A DNA stretch of 32,000 nt from Opitutia bacterium KCR 482 (GCA_029269845.2 CP149973.1:1590001-1622000), one strand, 5' to 3'. Positions 1 to 8,699 are shown, numbered from the stretch's first letter. Numbers and translations are program-made. Notes: generated by a model not told the origin, from the letters alone.

Positions 1-588
1 TGCGAGCGCGTCGGAGAACGCGTGCCCCAAGTAGGAAATCGGATTCGAAATCAAAGCGTCCTGCCCGTATTCGTAGCGTTTGCCGTCTACGATAAACCAA
101 AACCACACATTGCGGTGGTAGGTGCTGAACTCGGTTTTGAAATCGTATTCGCGGTAGTAGGCGGGGAAAAGTTTGCCGTTTTTTGCCGACAGAAAGTAGT
201 CGTGCTTCTTTTTGTCGTGAAGGTTTGTCCAGCCGTTTTCCACCCAACATCTGTCGGGTGTGTGTAGCGAAGCGTAGCGGACGTCGAGCTTGTTCGGCGC
301 CCAGTACGAAATGTAGAGCTGGAATGTTTTGCCGTCGGGGAGCGTGTATTCGCGGTTGAGCCACTCCGTTACCGAGAGCAGGCGTTCCGAGGCTCTTACA
401 ACTTCCTCCGTGCTGCCGAGCGGAAGGTCTTTCGACTTCGTTTGTCCGATTTCCGCGGGTATTGTCAGTTTGAGGTAGCCGTCGGGTTTTTTCTCGAAAT
501 CGCGCGTGTTTCTTTCGAATTTCACCGACACGAAGAATACCCCGAGTATTCCCGCAATCAGCGTTATGATTCCCAAAAAATATTTCAT
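1..588 (-). CDS. EpsI-like (exosortase-associated, DUF3485-type) protein; C-terminus runs off the window
   Basis: Not in the supplied track because it has no stop inside the window. My reverse-complement read from ATG 588-586 gives MKYFLGIITLIAGILGVFFVSVKF... (one N-terminal TM helix) and stays open for 196 codons to base 1. It contains YISYWAPNKLDVRYASLHTPDRCWVENGW, resembling the H-[ST]-P-x-x-C...GW core I associate with EpsI/DUF3485. It lies 19 nt downstream of the SDR gene on the same strand. Confidence 0.55.
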   Translation of the reverse strand, partial: MKYFLGIITLIAGILGVFFVSVKFERNTRDFEKKPDGYLKLTIPAEIGQTKSKDLPLGSTEEVVRASERLLSVTEWLNREYTLPDGKTFQLYISYWAPNKLDVRYASLHTPDRCWVENGWTNLHDKKKHDYFLSAKNGKLFPAYYREYDFKTEFSTYHRNVWFWFIVDGKRYEYGQDALISNPISYLGHAFSDALA

Positions 589-607
589 GGTTGTGTGATT
601 TTGTGCT

Positions 608-1333
608 TTAAATTGTCCCGTTGTCGGCGTTGATTGTCTGCCCCGTGATTGCCGCCGCGCCGTCGGAGAGCAGGTAGGCTACCGTCTTTGCCACGGACTC
701 CGCGCTTGTCGCGCTTTTGAGCGACGTTCTTGCGTAGATTTTCGCCCGCTGCTCCTCCGTTAGCGACGCGCTCATGTCGGTCTGCATGAAGCCCGCCGCA
801 ACCGCGTTCGAGCGTATCCCGCGGACGCCCCATTCCCTTGCGGTGTTTTTCGAGAACGCCTCCAACGCGCCCTTGCTTGCCGCATACATCGCAAGTCCCT
901 TGTAGCCCGTGTGCACGCTCACCGACGAAATGTGGACAATAGCTCCGCGCGTTCCGTGCAGAATCATGTTGCGGATTGCGCATTTCGCAAGAATCATCGG
1001 CGCGAACGTGTTGACTTCGAACATTGCGCGGAGCTTGTCGGCGTTCATGTTTGTGATGATGTCGTCGTAGGCGGTCGCGGCGTTGTTGACGAACGCGCCG
1101 AGGACGGTTTCGGGCGAGACGAAGTCGGCTGCGAAAATTGCGCGCCGAGCGGCGTCGGCGTCGGAGAGGTCCGCGCTTTTGAAGCGGAGTTTGTCGGGGA
1201 ATTGTTCGCCGAGTTTTTCCAGCGCGTCCGACTGCCTGCGGCTGACGGCGAAAACTTCGTCGCCCCGCGCAAGCAGCACTTCGCAAATTTTAAGCCCCAG
1301 TCCCCTCGACGCTCCCGTTAGAAGAATTTTCAT
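608..1333 (-). CDS. short-chain dehydrogenase/reductase, FabG-like (3-oxoacyl reductase type)
   Basis: 241-aa ORF with TGASRGLG Rossmann motif, NNAA motif (FVNNAATAY) and catalytic Ser plus YAASK (YxxxK). Its ATG overlaps the upstream ligase stop as ATGA (1330-1333). Confidence 0.9.
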   Translation of the reverse strand: MKILLTGASRGLGLKICEVLLARGDEVFAVSRRQSDALEKLGEQFPDKLRFKSADLSDADAARRAIFAADFVSPETVLGAFVNNAATAYDDIITNMNADKLRAMFEVNTFAPMILAKCAIRNMILHGTRGAIVHISSVSVHTGYKGLAMYAASKGALEAFSKNTAREWGVRGIRSNAVAAGFMQTDMSASLTEEQRAKIYARTSLKSATSAESVAKTVAYLLSDGAAAITGQTINADNGTI

Positions 1334-2553
1334 GCGCGTTTTACCTTTCCAGTCCGCGTGGTTTCAAGTTTTTCGACGAATTTTACGATTCGCGGAATTT
1401 TGAATTGTTGCAATGATTCGGCAAGTTTTTTCCGCAGCGTCGGCTCGTCGATTTCCGCTCCGCGCTCGGCGACGATGTCGGCGCAGAGAATGTTGCCGAG
1501 AACCGAATTTTTTTTACCGAACACCGCGGCGTCGGCGATTCCCTCCACACCGCGCAGCGCGGCTTCGACCTCCGCGGGATTGACCTTGTAGCCCCCGACG
1601 TTCACCATGCCGTTTGCCCGCGCGACGATTCTGAATTTTGTCTTATCGGCGTCCGCCCATTCTATTTTGTCGCCCGTGCGGTAGAAGCCGTCGGCGTCGA
1701 AAGAAAAGCTTTCCGACGTTCCGAGAATGTCGCGGCGCAGGAGGATTTCGCCGTCGGAAATTTTCACGGAGTCCGCGATGTCGGGCGGAATCGAAAACGC
1801 GTCGCCGTCGCACGCGAAGAGCGCGCCCGCTTCGGTCGAAGCGTAGACGTTGTTGATTTTTGCCGACGGAAACATTTTTTCCACCCTGCGGCAGAGCGGC
1901 TCGTCAACGCGCTCGCCGCCGAAAGTCGCGCGGACGACGTTCGGAAATTCCGCACCAGCTCCCGCGAGCATGCGGTAAAAAGTGGGCGTCGCCGAGATGT
2001 GCGTGATTTTGTGGCGGGCGATTTTCCCCGCAACTTCCTCCGCCGACAGCCCGAACAAATTGACGAGCGGATTGCCGTTTGCCAGCGCCTGCAAGAGAAC
2101 CTGAATGCCCGCCATGTGCGACGGATTGTACGCAAAGCCCCACACGTCGCCCGCGTGCTTGGGCGACACCCGTATGCGCTTTGAAATTGAGCGCATTGTG
2201 TGCGAGACGCTCTTGGGGCGTCCCGTCGTGCCCGACGTGAAAAGCGTGAGCGTTGCCGCCGAATTTTCCGCGGCGTCAAGCAGCCCGCCGAGCGAGCCGA
2301 ACGAGGCGGGCGAAAGGGGAATTTCGGCGTCGGGAGCGGCTTGCGAAAGCGCGGCAAGCTCGTCCTCCGACATGTCGGAATCGACGATTTCGACCGACAC
2401 CCCGCGCGAGAGCGCCGCAAGCAAATCGCGCGAAAATTCGAAAAGGCTTTTGCACTGTATGCGCCGACGAACAGAGGCCGCGCGGTTTGCCGCGTCGAGC
2501 AGTTCGGCGTACGAGACGGGGGCTTGGAGGTCGGGGAGAAACGGCTTATTCAT
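1330..2553 (-). CDS. AMP-dependent (ANL-family) acyl/aminoacyl-carrier-protein ligase, short form (~407 aa)
   Basis: ANL motifs TSGTTGRPKSV, YRTGD and C-terminal TGKVKR. The track ORF starts at 2610, but I prefer ATG 2553 (MNKPF...), which overlaps the ACP stop as ATGAATAA (2546-2553). From that start the TSGTTG motif sits near residue 105, which seems to me earlier than in typical ANL enzymes. Confidence 0.85.
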   Translation of the reverse strand: MNKPFLPDLQAPVSYAELLDAANRAASVRRRIQCKSLFEFSRDLLAALSRGVSVEIVDSDMSEDELAALSQAAPDAEIPLSPASFGSLGGLLDAAENSAATLTLFTSGTTGRPKSVSHTMRSISKRIRVSPKHAGDVWGFAYNPSHMAGIQVLLQALANGNPLVNLFGLSAEEVAGKIARHKITHISATPTFYRMLAGAGAEFPNVVRATFGGERVDEPLCRRVEKMFPSAKINNVYASTEAGALFACDGDAFSIPPDIADSVKISDGEILLRRDILGTSESFSFDADGFYRTGDKIEWADADKTKFRIVARANGMVNVGGYKVNPAEVEAALRGVEGIADAAVFGKKNSVLGNILCADIVAERGAEIDEPTLRKKLAESLQQFKIPRIVKFVEKLETTRTGKVKRA

Positions 2554-2776
2554 CGGGGAGCTTTTTGAGAATTTCCCCGACGGTGTAGACAATGCCGTCT
2601 TCGAAAACATCGACTCCGAATTGCGCCTCGATTTTCACTGTAAGCTCGGCGAGCGCGAACGAGTCGAGGTGGAGGTCGTCGCGCAGAGACGTGTTTTCGG
2701 AAATCGGGACGTCTGCTTCGATTCCCTGATTTTCGAGAACCCCGCGTATAATGTCTCTTAGCTTGTCTATTTTCAT
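2546..2776 (-). CDS. acyl carrier protein
   Basis: 76 aa, acidic, with the phosphopantetheine-attachment context LHLDSFALAEL. AAGGA Shine-Dalgarno-like sequence a few nt upstream of the ATG. Confidence 0.85.
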   Translation of the reverse strand: MKIDKLRDIIRGVLENQGIEADVPISENTSLRDDLHLDSFALAELTVKIEAQFGVDVFEDGIVYTVGEILKKLPDE

Positions 2777-2846
2777 GGGAAATATTTTCCTTTTTTACGC
2801 GAATGTGTCAATATGTACTTAACGCCGTTTGAATTTGAATATTCGG

Positions 2847-3479
2847 TTATTCTGACTTTTCCCGCGCGTTTTCGATTTCGCGTTTGCGTTCGTCGTCGAA
2901 AAAATCCCCTCCGCCTACGATTATATCCGAGCGTTTCAAGACTTTTTGCACTGTTTTCAGCACTATTTTTACGTCGCCTAAAAACGTGATGTTATCGACG
3001 TATTCGATGTCGTATGCAAATTTTGCCTTCCATGAAATGGCGTTTCTGCCGTTGACTTGGGCAAGTCCGGTTATCCCCGGCCTTACATTGTGTCTTCGCA
3101 TTTCCTCTTTTGTGTAATATGGAAGGTATCTGACAAGGAGCGGACGCGGGCCTATGAACGACATGTCGCCTTTAAGCACGTTGAATAGCTGCGGGATTTC
3201 ATCGAGGCTTGATTTTCTCAAAAGCCAGCCGAATTTTGTGAGGCGCTGCGCATCGGGCAGAAGGTTTCCGTCTTTGTCTGTCTCGTTTGTCATGGAGCGG
3301 AATTTCATGACACTGAATATTTTTCCGCCTTTCCCTGGACGTTCCTGCCTGAATATGGCGGGGCTGCCGAGAAATATTATTATCAAAATATAGAGCACAA
3401 TGTAGACGGGCAGCAAAAGCATTATCAGCATTAATGCGCCGAGAAAATCAATCGGGCGTTTGAAAAATTTTTCGTACAT
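2847..3479 (-). CDS. small monotopic phosphoglycosyl transferase (PglC/WbaP C-terminal type bacterial sugar transferase)
   Basis: 210 aa with an N-terminal re-entrant hydrophobic helix, then FRQERPG, KFRSM, SLDEIPQL and IGPRP motifs typical of initiating undecaprenyl-phosphate sugar-phosphate transferases. Visibly more A/T-rich than its neighbours. Confidence 0.9.
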   Translation of the reverse strand: MYEKFFKRPIDFLGALMLIMLLLPVYIVLYILIIIFLGSPAIFRQERPGKGGKIFSVMKFRSMTNETDKDGNLLPDAQRLTKFGWLLRKSSLDEIPQLFNVLKGDMSFIGPRPLLVRYLPYYTKEEMRRHNVRPGITGLAQVNGRNAISWKAKFAYDIEYVDNITFLGDVKIVLKTVQKVLKRSDIIVGGGDFFDDERKREIENAREKSE

Positions 3480-3577
3480 ATGTATTCGAATGTGGATATT
3501 GCGCGTTATCAGTCATAACAAAGCGCTTGTCGAGCCTATTTTGCGGCCGGAGAATGTTTGGGAAAGTGCCTTTTTTC

Positions 3578-3607
3578 TTGAAGTGGAATTTGCGGAATGC
3601 TTATATA
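3578..3607 (+). promoter_or_regulatory. candidate sigma70-like promoter TTGAAG-18 nt-TATATA just upstream of the ATP-grasp gene
   Basis: TTGAAG at 3578-3583 and TATATA at 3602-3607. The ATG at 3613 lies only 6 nt past the -10 element, implying a leaderless or near-leaderless mRNA if this promoter is real. Consensus matching by eye; the host sigma specificity is unknown. Confidence 0.2.
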
Positions 3608-3612
3608 TAACA

Positions 3613-4626
3613 ATGAACGTATTGCTGGCATGCGTGGGCAGACGGAATTACCTTGTCGCCTATTTCAAGGAAGCTCTTGGTCGGAACGGTTCGGTTTTCG
3701 GAGCCGATTCCAACCGCTATGCTTCGGCACTGTCGGAATGCGATGCGTCGTTTGTAGTTCCGTACTCGAATTCGTCCGATTATATCCCGCATCTCGTCGG
3801 TATTTGCAGGGACAACGGAGTCGATTTGCTGGTGTCTCTCAATGATTTGGACCTACCCGTGATTGCGCGCCATGCGGCGGATTTTAGCGCGGTGGGGACT
3901 TTTGCCGCCGTAAGCTCTACGCGCGTAGTCGATATTTGCTTCGACAAAATGAAATCCGCCGAATTTCTAAAATCAATCGGCGTCGGAACATTGCCGTCAT
4001 ATGTGTCGATAGAGTCGGCGAAGTCGGCTTTGGAACGCGGCGAAATTTCCTTTCCGTTCGTTGTAAAACCGCGCTGGGGTAGCGGTTCAATCATGGTCGA
4101 ATGCGCGGAAAACATGCGGCAACTCGAAACTTCGTTCAATTACGTGCGGGAAAAGTTGCACGATACGATTCTGAAAAATGCGGGAGAACCCTCCTCCGAC
4201 ACTTCGGTGATTATCCAGCCGAAGCTCTCGCTTCCCGAATACGGGCTCGACATTGTAAACGACTTTAACGGAAAAAATGCCGCGGTTTTCGTTAAAAGAA
4301 AAATCCGCATGCGCGCGGGTGAAACGGACATTGCGGAAACCTGCCGCATTCCGGAGCTGTCGGCGTTGGGGGCGAAAATCGGCGGCGAACTCGGACATAT
4401 CGGCAACTTGGATTGCGACATTTTCTTCGACGGCAAAAACGCCGTCGTATTGGAAATGAACCCGAGATTTGGCGGCGGGTATCCGTTTACGCATTCGGCG
4501 GGCGGAAATGTCCCGAAAGCATACTTGCAATGGGCGGGCGGCGAAACCGCATCTTCCGACTGTTTTTCCGCGTTCAGGGTCGGGGAAGTTTATTCAAAGT
4601 GCGAAAAACTTGTGAGGGCGTTTTGA
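3613..4626 (+). CDS. ATP-grasp fold ligase (carbamoyl-phosphate-synthase-like / amino acid ligase type)
   Basis: The track ORF starts at 3460, but its first 51 residues are low-quality. The internal ATG at 3613 gives MNVLLACVGRRNYLVAYFKEA..., a typical pre-ATP-grasp start. FVVKPRWGSGS and LEMNPRFGGGYP match ATP-grasp nucleotide/Mg-binding regions. Confidence 0.8.
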   Translation: MNVLLACVGRRNYLVAYFKEALGRNGSVFGADSNRYASALSECDASFVVPYSNSSDYIPHLVGICRDNGVDLLVSLNDLDLPVIARHAADFSAVGTFAAVSSTRVVDICFDKMKSAEFLKSIGVGTLPSYVSIESAKSALERGEISFPFVVKPRWGSGSIMVECAENMRQLETSFNYVREKLHDTILKNAGEPSSDTSVIIQPKLSLPEYGLDIVNDFNGKNAAVFVKRKIRMRAGETDIAETCRIPELSALGAKIGGELGHIGNLDCDIFFDGKNAVVLEMNPRFGGGYPFTHSAGGNVPKAYLQWAGGETASSDCFSAFRVGEVYSKCEKLVRAF

Positions 4627-4627
4627 C

Positions 4628-5107
4628 GTGGCGGATTTTGAAGCCGAGTTTTTTGAAAAATCGCAGTCGTTGAAATCTGCCGTTTCGGAGATTTTGCGCC
4701 GTTCCGATTCCGACTTCTTTCCGCCGCTTTCGACGAGGGTCGAACTCGGCGCATATGCCGAAAAAATTGTCGATTCTCCCGATTCGTTTCTTGTCGGAGC
4801 GCGTTCGGCGGACCGCATTTGCGCCTTGTATGTCGGCTACGCAAACGCCGCGTTCGAGTACGCTTTTTCCCCGTTTATGTGGGTCGAGCCGGAATCGAGA
4901 ACATCGTTCATCGGGCTGAAAATCCACATGGCGGCAGTCAAATATATAAGGGGACTTGGCATGCGGGGAATCCGCGCCAAGACGTGGCTTGAAAATAACG
5001 AAAAACTTTTGTCGTTCTACAAAAACTTGGGGTATAAAATTTCGACTCCGACTTACAACCCCAAACTCGACAGACACGATTTGAACTTGGAGCTGACGTT
5101 TAAGTGA
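4628..5107 (+). CDS. GNAT-family N-acyltransferase (probable)
   Basis: 159 aa, GTG start 1 nt after the ATP-grasp stop. VEPESRTSFIGLKIHMAAVKYIRGLGMRGIRAKTWLENNEKLLSFYKNLGYK fits GNAT motif A/B spacing, including the FYxxxGF/Y ending. Confidence 0.6.
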   Translation: MADFEAEFFEKSQSLKSAVSEILRRSDSDFFPPLSTRVELGAYAEKIVDSPDSFLVGARSADRICALYVGYANAAFEYAFSPFMWVEPESRTSFIGLKIHMAAVKYIRGLGMRGIRAKTWLENNEKLLSFYKNLGYKISTPTYNPKLDRHDLNLELTFK

Positions 5108-5117
5108 TTATTCTGCC

Positions 5118-6011
5118 ATGATTAAAGTCGACAACATTTCATTTCGCGGGCTCGATTTTAAGATCGTGCGCGACGACCTTTTCCCCGAAATCGGCGGCGG
5201 CAACAAGGCTCGGAAAGCTCTGGAATACGAATCGGACGCACTCGCAAAAGGCGCGAATGCGCTGATAACGACAGGCGGGATACAGTCGAACCACTGCCGC
5301 GCAATCGCGATTCTATGCGCTCGCCGAGGCTGGAGATGCAAAATCGTCTACCACGGCACGCGCGAGCGATTCGAATCCGAAAAAGGAAACGCGTTGGTTG
5401 TCCGCTTGTGCGGCTCGGAAACGGAGTTTGTCGGGGAGTCCGAAATTTCGTCGGCAATGGACAACGCAATGCTCGATTTCCGTTCCCGCGGATTTTCGCC
5501 GTATTACGTCCGCGGCGGAGGGCACGATATTTGCGGCGGCATGGCATATGTTAAGGCTGTCGCCGAATTGGCGTCGTCGGGCTTCCCCGCGCCCGACTAT
5601 ATCTTCCACGCATCGGGCACGGGCTCGACACAGGCGGGAATTTTCGTCGGCTTGGAGAAAGCGGGCTGGAAAAATACAAAAGTTGTCGGCATTTCCGTGG
5701 CTCGAAACAAGGAGCGCGGGACGCGCGTGATTTCGGAATTTTCGGAAAAGTTGGCGGAACATTGCGGCGCGGATTTCGATTCGTCGAAAATAATTTTTAC
5801 CGACAAATACACCTGCGGCGGGTACGAAAAATATCCGCCCGAATTGGAGTCGTTTGTAGCTTCCGCCGCAATGGAAACCGGAATACTTTTCGACACCACA
5901 TACTCGGGCAAAGCCCTCCACGGAATGTTCGGGTATATTGCCGAAAACAATCTTTCCGCAGCCCGAATCCTCTTCTGGCACACCGGCGGAATTTTAAACA
6001 TAATGGCGTGA
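5118..6011 (+). CDS. fold-type-II PLP-dependent enzyme, ACC deaminase / D-cysteine desulfhydrase family
   Basis: 297 aa. GGNKARKALEYE matches the family signature GGNK-x-RKLE containing the PLP lysine. GGIQSNH and a glycine-rich SGTGSTQAG loop are also typical. Confidence 0.75.
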   Translation: MIKVDNISFRGLDFKIVRDDLFPEIGGGNKARKALEYESDALAKGANALITTGGIQSNHCRAIAILCARRGWRCKIVYHGTRERFESEKGNALVVRLCGSETEFVGESEISSAMDNAMLDFRSRGFSPYYVRGGGHDICGGMAYVKAVAELASSGFPAPDYIFHASGTGSTQAGIFVGLEKAGWKNTKVVGISVARNKERGTRVISEFSEKLAEHCGADFDSSKIIFTDKYTCGGYEKYPPELESFVASAAMETGILFDTTYSGKALHGMFGYIAENNLSAARILFWHTGGILNIMA

Positions 6012-6029
6012 AGCTTTGATTAATTTTAT

Positions 6030-7166
6030 ATGAACGTTTACATTTTAACTCTACCCATCGGAACCAATTACGGCGAAGTTATGCAGGCTTATGCTCTGCG
6101 TAAGTCTATAGAACAAATGGGGCATAATGCAATAACGATAAGGGCTGTTCAAAATGACACGCCATTTCTTTTGAAAATAATTCATTGGTTCGGAGTTGTT
6201 CGGGCAAATTTGATTTACGGGAAAAATTTATATCATGCGCTTCCGGAAGAACGATGCAAAATTTCATATCATAATTTGGAAACGTTTATTGATAAACACA
6301 TAAAAACGACTAATTTTATACGAATACATAATGATCCGCAAAAGCTGTCTGACTTACCCGCCGATATTTTTGTAGTCGGAAGCGATCAAGTTTGGCGTCC
6401 GGGGCGTATATCGTGGAAAACGTATGATGCGTACTTTCTCGGATTTTTAAAATCCGACATAAAACGCATTTCCTATGCGGCGTCTTTCGGACATGATAAT
6501 GTGAAGTTGCCTCCTTATGCCAAACGCAAATACGCAGTGCTGCTGAAAAAATTTTCTTTTGTCTCAGTTCGCGAATATTCCGGCGTCGAGATTTGCCGCC
6601 GCGAATTTGGGGTAGATGCAAAAGTGGTTCTTGACCCTACAATGCTTTTGCCGAGAACGGATTATGATGAAATTGCAGATTCGTATTCAAGCTCGGCGTC
6701 CGAAAAACCGTATTGCTTCGAATATGTTTTGGATAAAACGCAATTTAAGGATTCCGTTGTAAATGCGGTTTCGCAAAATTTGAAAGTGCCCCGCTTGTCC
6801 ATTCTTCCAAAAGGGAATATATCGGATTCGTCATCAAAGGCGGAGGATTGCGTTTTGCCTCCTGTGGAAGAGTGGCTGAACGGTATCCGCAATGCAAAGT
6901 TTGTTGTCACAGATTCGTTCCATGGCACTGTTTTTTCCATACTTTTTCATACTCCGTTTTGCGTGTTGGGCAACAAGAGGCGCGGAGCAACAAGGATAAA
7001 ATCGATTTTGGGAATGTTCGGCTTGGAATCGCGCTTTGTGGATTCCGCCGAACAAAATGTAATTGAAAGCGTCGTAAACGCCGAAATTGATTGGCAAAAG
7101 GTGGATTCTATCTTGGCTGAAAAACGGGAAATGTCGCTAACGTTGCTGCAAAACGCATTGGGGTAG
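6030..7166 (+). CDS. polysaccharide pyruvyl transferase family protein
   Basis: 378 aa. The N-terminus (GTNYGEVMQAYAL) and C-terminal VVTDSFHGTVFSILFHTPF resemble PS_pyruv_trans-type proteins of capsule loci. The region is visibly A/T-richer. Confidence 0.7.
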   Translation: MNVYILTLPIGTNYGEVMQAYALRKSIEQMGHNAITIRAVQNDTPFLLKIIHWFGVVRANLIYGKNLYHALPEERCKISYHNLETFIDKHIKTTNFIRIHNDPQKLSDLPADIFVVGSDQVWRPGRISWKTYDAYFLGFLKSDIKRISYAASFGHDNVKLPPYAKRKYAVLLKKFSFVSVREYSGVEICRREFGVDAKVVLDPTMLLPRTDYDEIADSYSSSASEKPYCFEYVLDKTQFKDSVVNAVSQNLKVPRLSILPKGNISDSSSKAEDCVLPPVEEWLNGIRNAKFVVTDSFHGTVFSILFHTPFCVLGNKRRGATRIKSILGMFGLESRFVDSAEQNVIESVVNAEIDWQKVDSILAEKREMSLTLLQNALG

Positions 7167-7178
7167 TCTCTTCGAAAT

Positions 7179-8699
7179 TTAGCGGACAAATTTTAGCAGT
7201 TTTTCAAAAATACCGCAAAATAGCGACTTCTCGTAGGCGTTGGTGCTCGTGAAATAGAACGCGGGAATGTAGACGCACGAGAACAGCGCGATTGCCGCCC
7301 CCAAGTCTGTCCACGAGTCTATTCGAAAATTGGACATAATACAGATTGTGCCGCAAACAATAAAAATCGGGCAGAGCGACATTTTTGCGATTTCCCTCCA
7401 AAACGCGGGAATGTCCAAATGTTGTACCCTGTAATAATATATGTTCATGATTATAACCTGCCCGACGACGAGCGCCGAGGCTATCGCCCACGCGCAGCCG
7501 ATTTCCCCGTAGTGCTTTGTGAGTATTGCCTGCAAAAACACGCTTGCCGTTGCTATGCAAAGGTACAGTAGCGAGCGGAATTTCATCTGGTTTCGCGCCT
7601 GCAATATTGTGATTCCGATATTTTGTATGAGTGGCACCGTCAGCGCGGAGAAGAATATCAGCGCCGTGTAGTAAACCGAATCGAAGCTGTTTCCCACCCA
7701 CAGCTCAATAAAATTCCGCCCGAAGCAGACGAAGCCCGACATTATGAACGCGAGCACCGCAAACTGTATGCGCCCCGTTTTTATAAAAATGTCCGAGATT
7801 TTTCTTTCGTCGTTTTCCACCGCGACGAGCGCCGTGATTTTCGGAAGGAAAACCGACGAAATCGCCGTCGAAAATTGCATGTACATGTTCTGGAATTGGA
7901 TTGCCAGAGCAAAGACCGCTATCGCCGCGGCGCTTGCGTATATTCCCAAAATGAACGGGCCGGAATTCCAGTAGATTCTGTCCATTATCAAATTCAGGAA
8001 TATCCAAAACGAAAATATGAAGATTTCGCGCAGTAAGTCGGTGTCGAATTTGCCGAATTTCAGCCTGATTTTAATCTTACGCTTGCAGTAGAAGTAATTC
8101 AGTGTGAAAACCGAAACGTTGAAAATCGTTGTTATGAGCAGAATCGCAACCGCCTTGTAGCCCAAATGGAGCATTGCGACAATCGCGAGCGTGTTCAAAA
8201 TGGTTCGCGCTATCACAACAGATTTCAAAAACACGAAATTTTCGTAGGCTGTTATGATTCCGCCGAAAATGCTCATCGGGAACGCGAATGCGAGGTTCAC
8301 CATTATGATGAGCATCATGATTTTCAGCTCGCCGATTTCCCCGCCCGTCAGCGATTCCGAGAAAAACAGATTCAGGTTGAAGTATATCGCCGCGCAAATC
8401 GCAACCACAATCAGCATTAAAACGATGTATATCGAAAAGAACATGCCGAAGAGTCTGTACTGCTTTTCGGTGTCGCCCTGCGCCCGATATTTTGCGGTGT
8501 AGCGCACGATTGCGTCGGAAAACCCGAAGTCGAGAATTTCGAGGTACGCCATGATTGACACCGCAAGCGAGTACAGACCGAACTCGCTTTTGCCGAGCAT
8601 TCGCAACATGTACGGCGTGTAGAGCAAATAAACGGCTATGCGCAAAAAGATAATGGCATAGTTTAGAATTGCTCCCGCTTTTACTTGGTTTAAGCTCAT
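7179..8699 (-). CDS. wzx: Wzx-type oligosaccharide flippase (MOP superfamily polysaccharide biosynthesis protein)
   Basis: 506 aa and polytopic (about 12-14 hydrophobic segments). The N-terminus (KAGAILNYAIIFLRIAVYLLYTPYMLRMLGKSEFGLYSLA) is typical of Wzx-like flippases. A/T-rich, and inverted relative to its flanks. Confidence 0.8.
   Translation of the reverse strand: MSLNQVKAGAILNYAIIFLRIAVYLLYTPYMLRMLGKSEFGLYSLAVSIMAYLEILDFGFSDAIVRYTAKYRAQGDTEKQYRLFGMFFSIYIVLMLIVVAICAAIYFNLNLFFSESLTGGEIGELKIMMLIIMVNLAFAFPMSIFGGIITAYENFVFLKSVVIARTILNTLAIVAMLHLGYKAVAILLITTIFNVSVFTLNYFYCKRKIKIRLKFGKFDTDLLREIFIFSFWIFLNLIMDRIYWNSGPFILGIYASAAAIAVFALAIQFQNMYMQFSTAISSVFLPKITALVAVENDERKISDIFIKTGRIQFAVLAFIMSGFVCFGRNFIELWVGNSFDSVYYTALIFFSALTVPLIQNIGITILQARNQMKFRSLLYLCIATASVFLQAILTKHYGEIGCAWAIASALVVGQVIIMNIYYYRVQHLDIPAFWREIAKMSLCPIFIVCGTICIMSNFRIDSWTDLGAAIALFSCVYIPAFYFTSTNAYEKSLFCGIFEKLLKFVR

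Noticed and set aside
585-1286. 233-aa Arg-rich ORF in another minus-strand frame of the SDR gene
   Set aside because: Alternate-frame artefact. The 608..1333 frame carries all the SDR motifs.
3460-3612. N-terminal extensions of track ORFs. Examples are 3460 for the ATP-grasp gene, 28855 for hrpB, 25165 for tsaD, 21062 for hpnG, and 11414/12745/13653 in the leg operon
   Set aside because: The extensions are low-complexity and overlap the upstream gene or the intergenic promoter region. Internal ATGs give canonical family N-termini and ATGA-type coupling.
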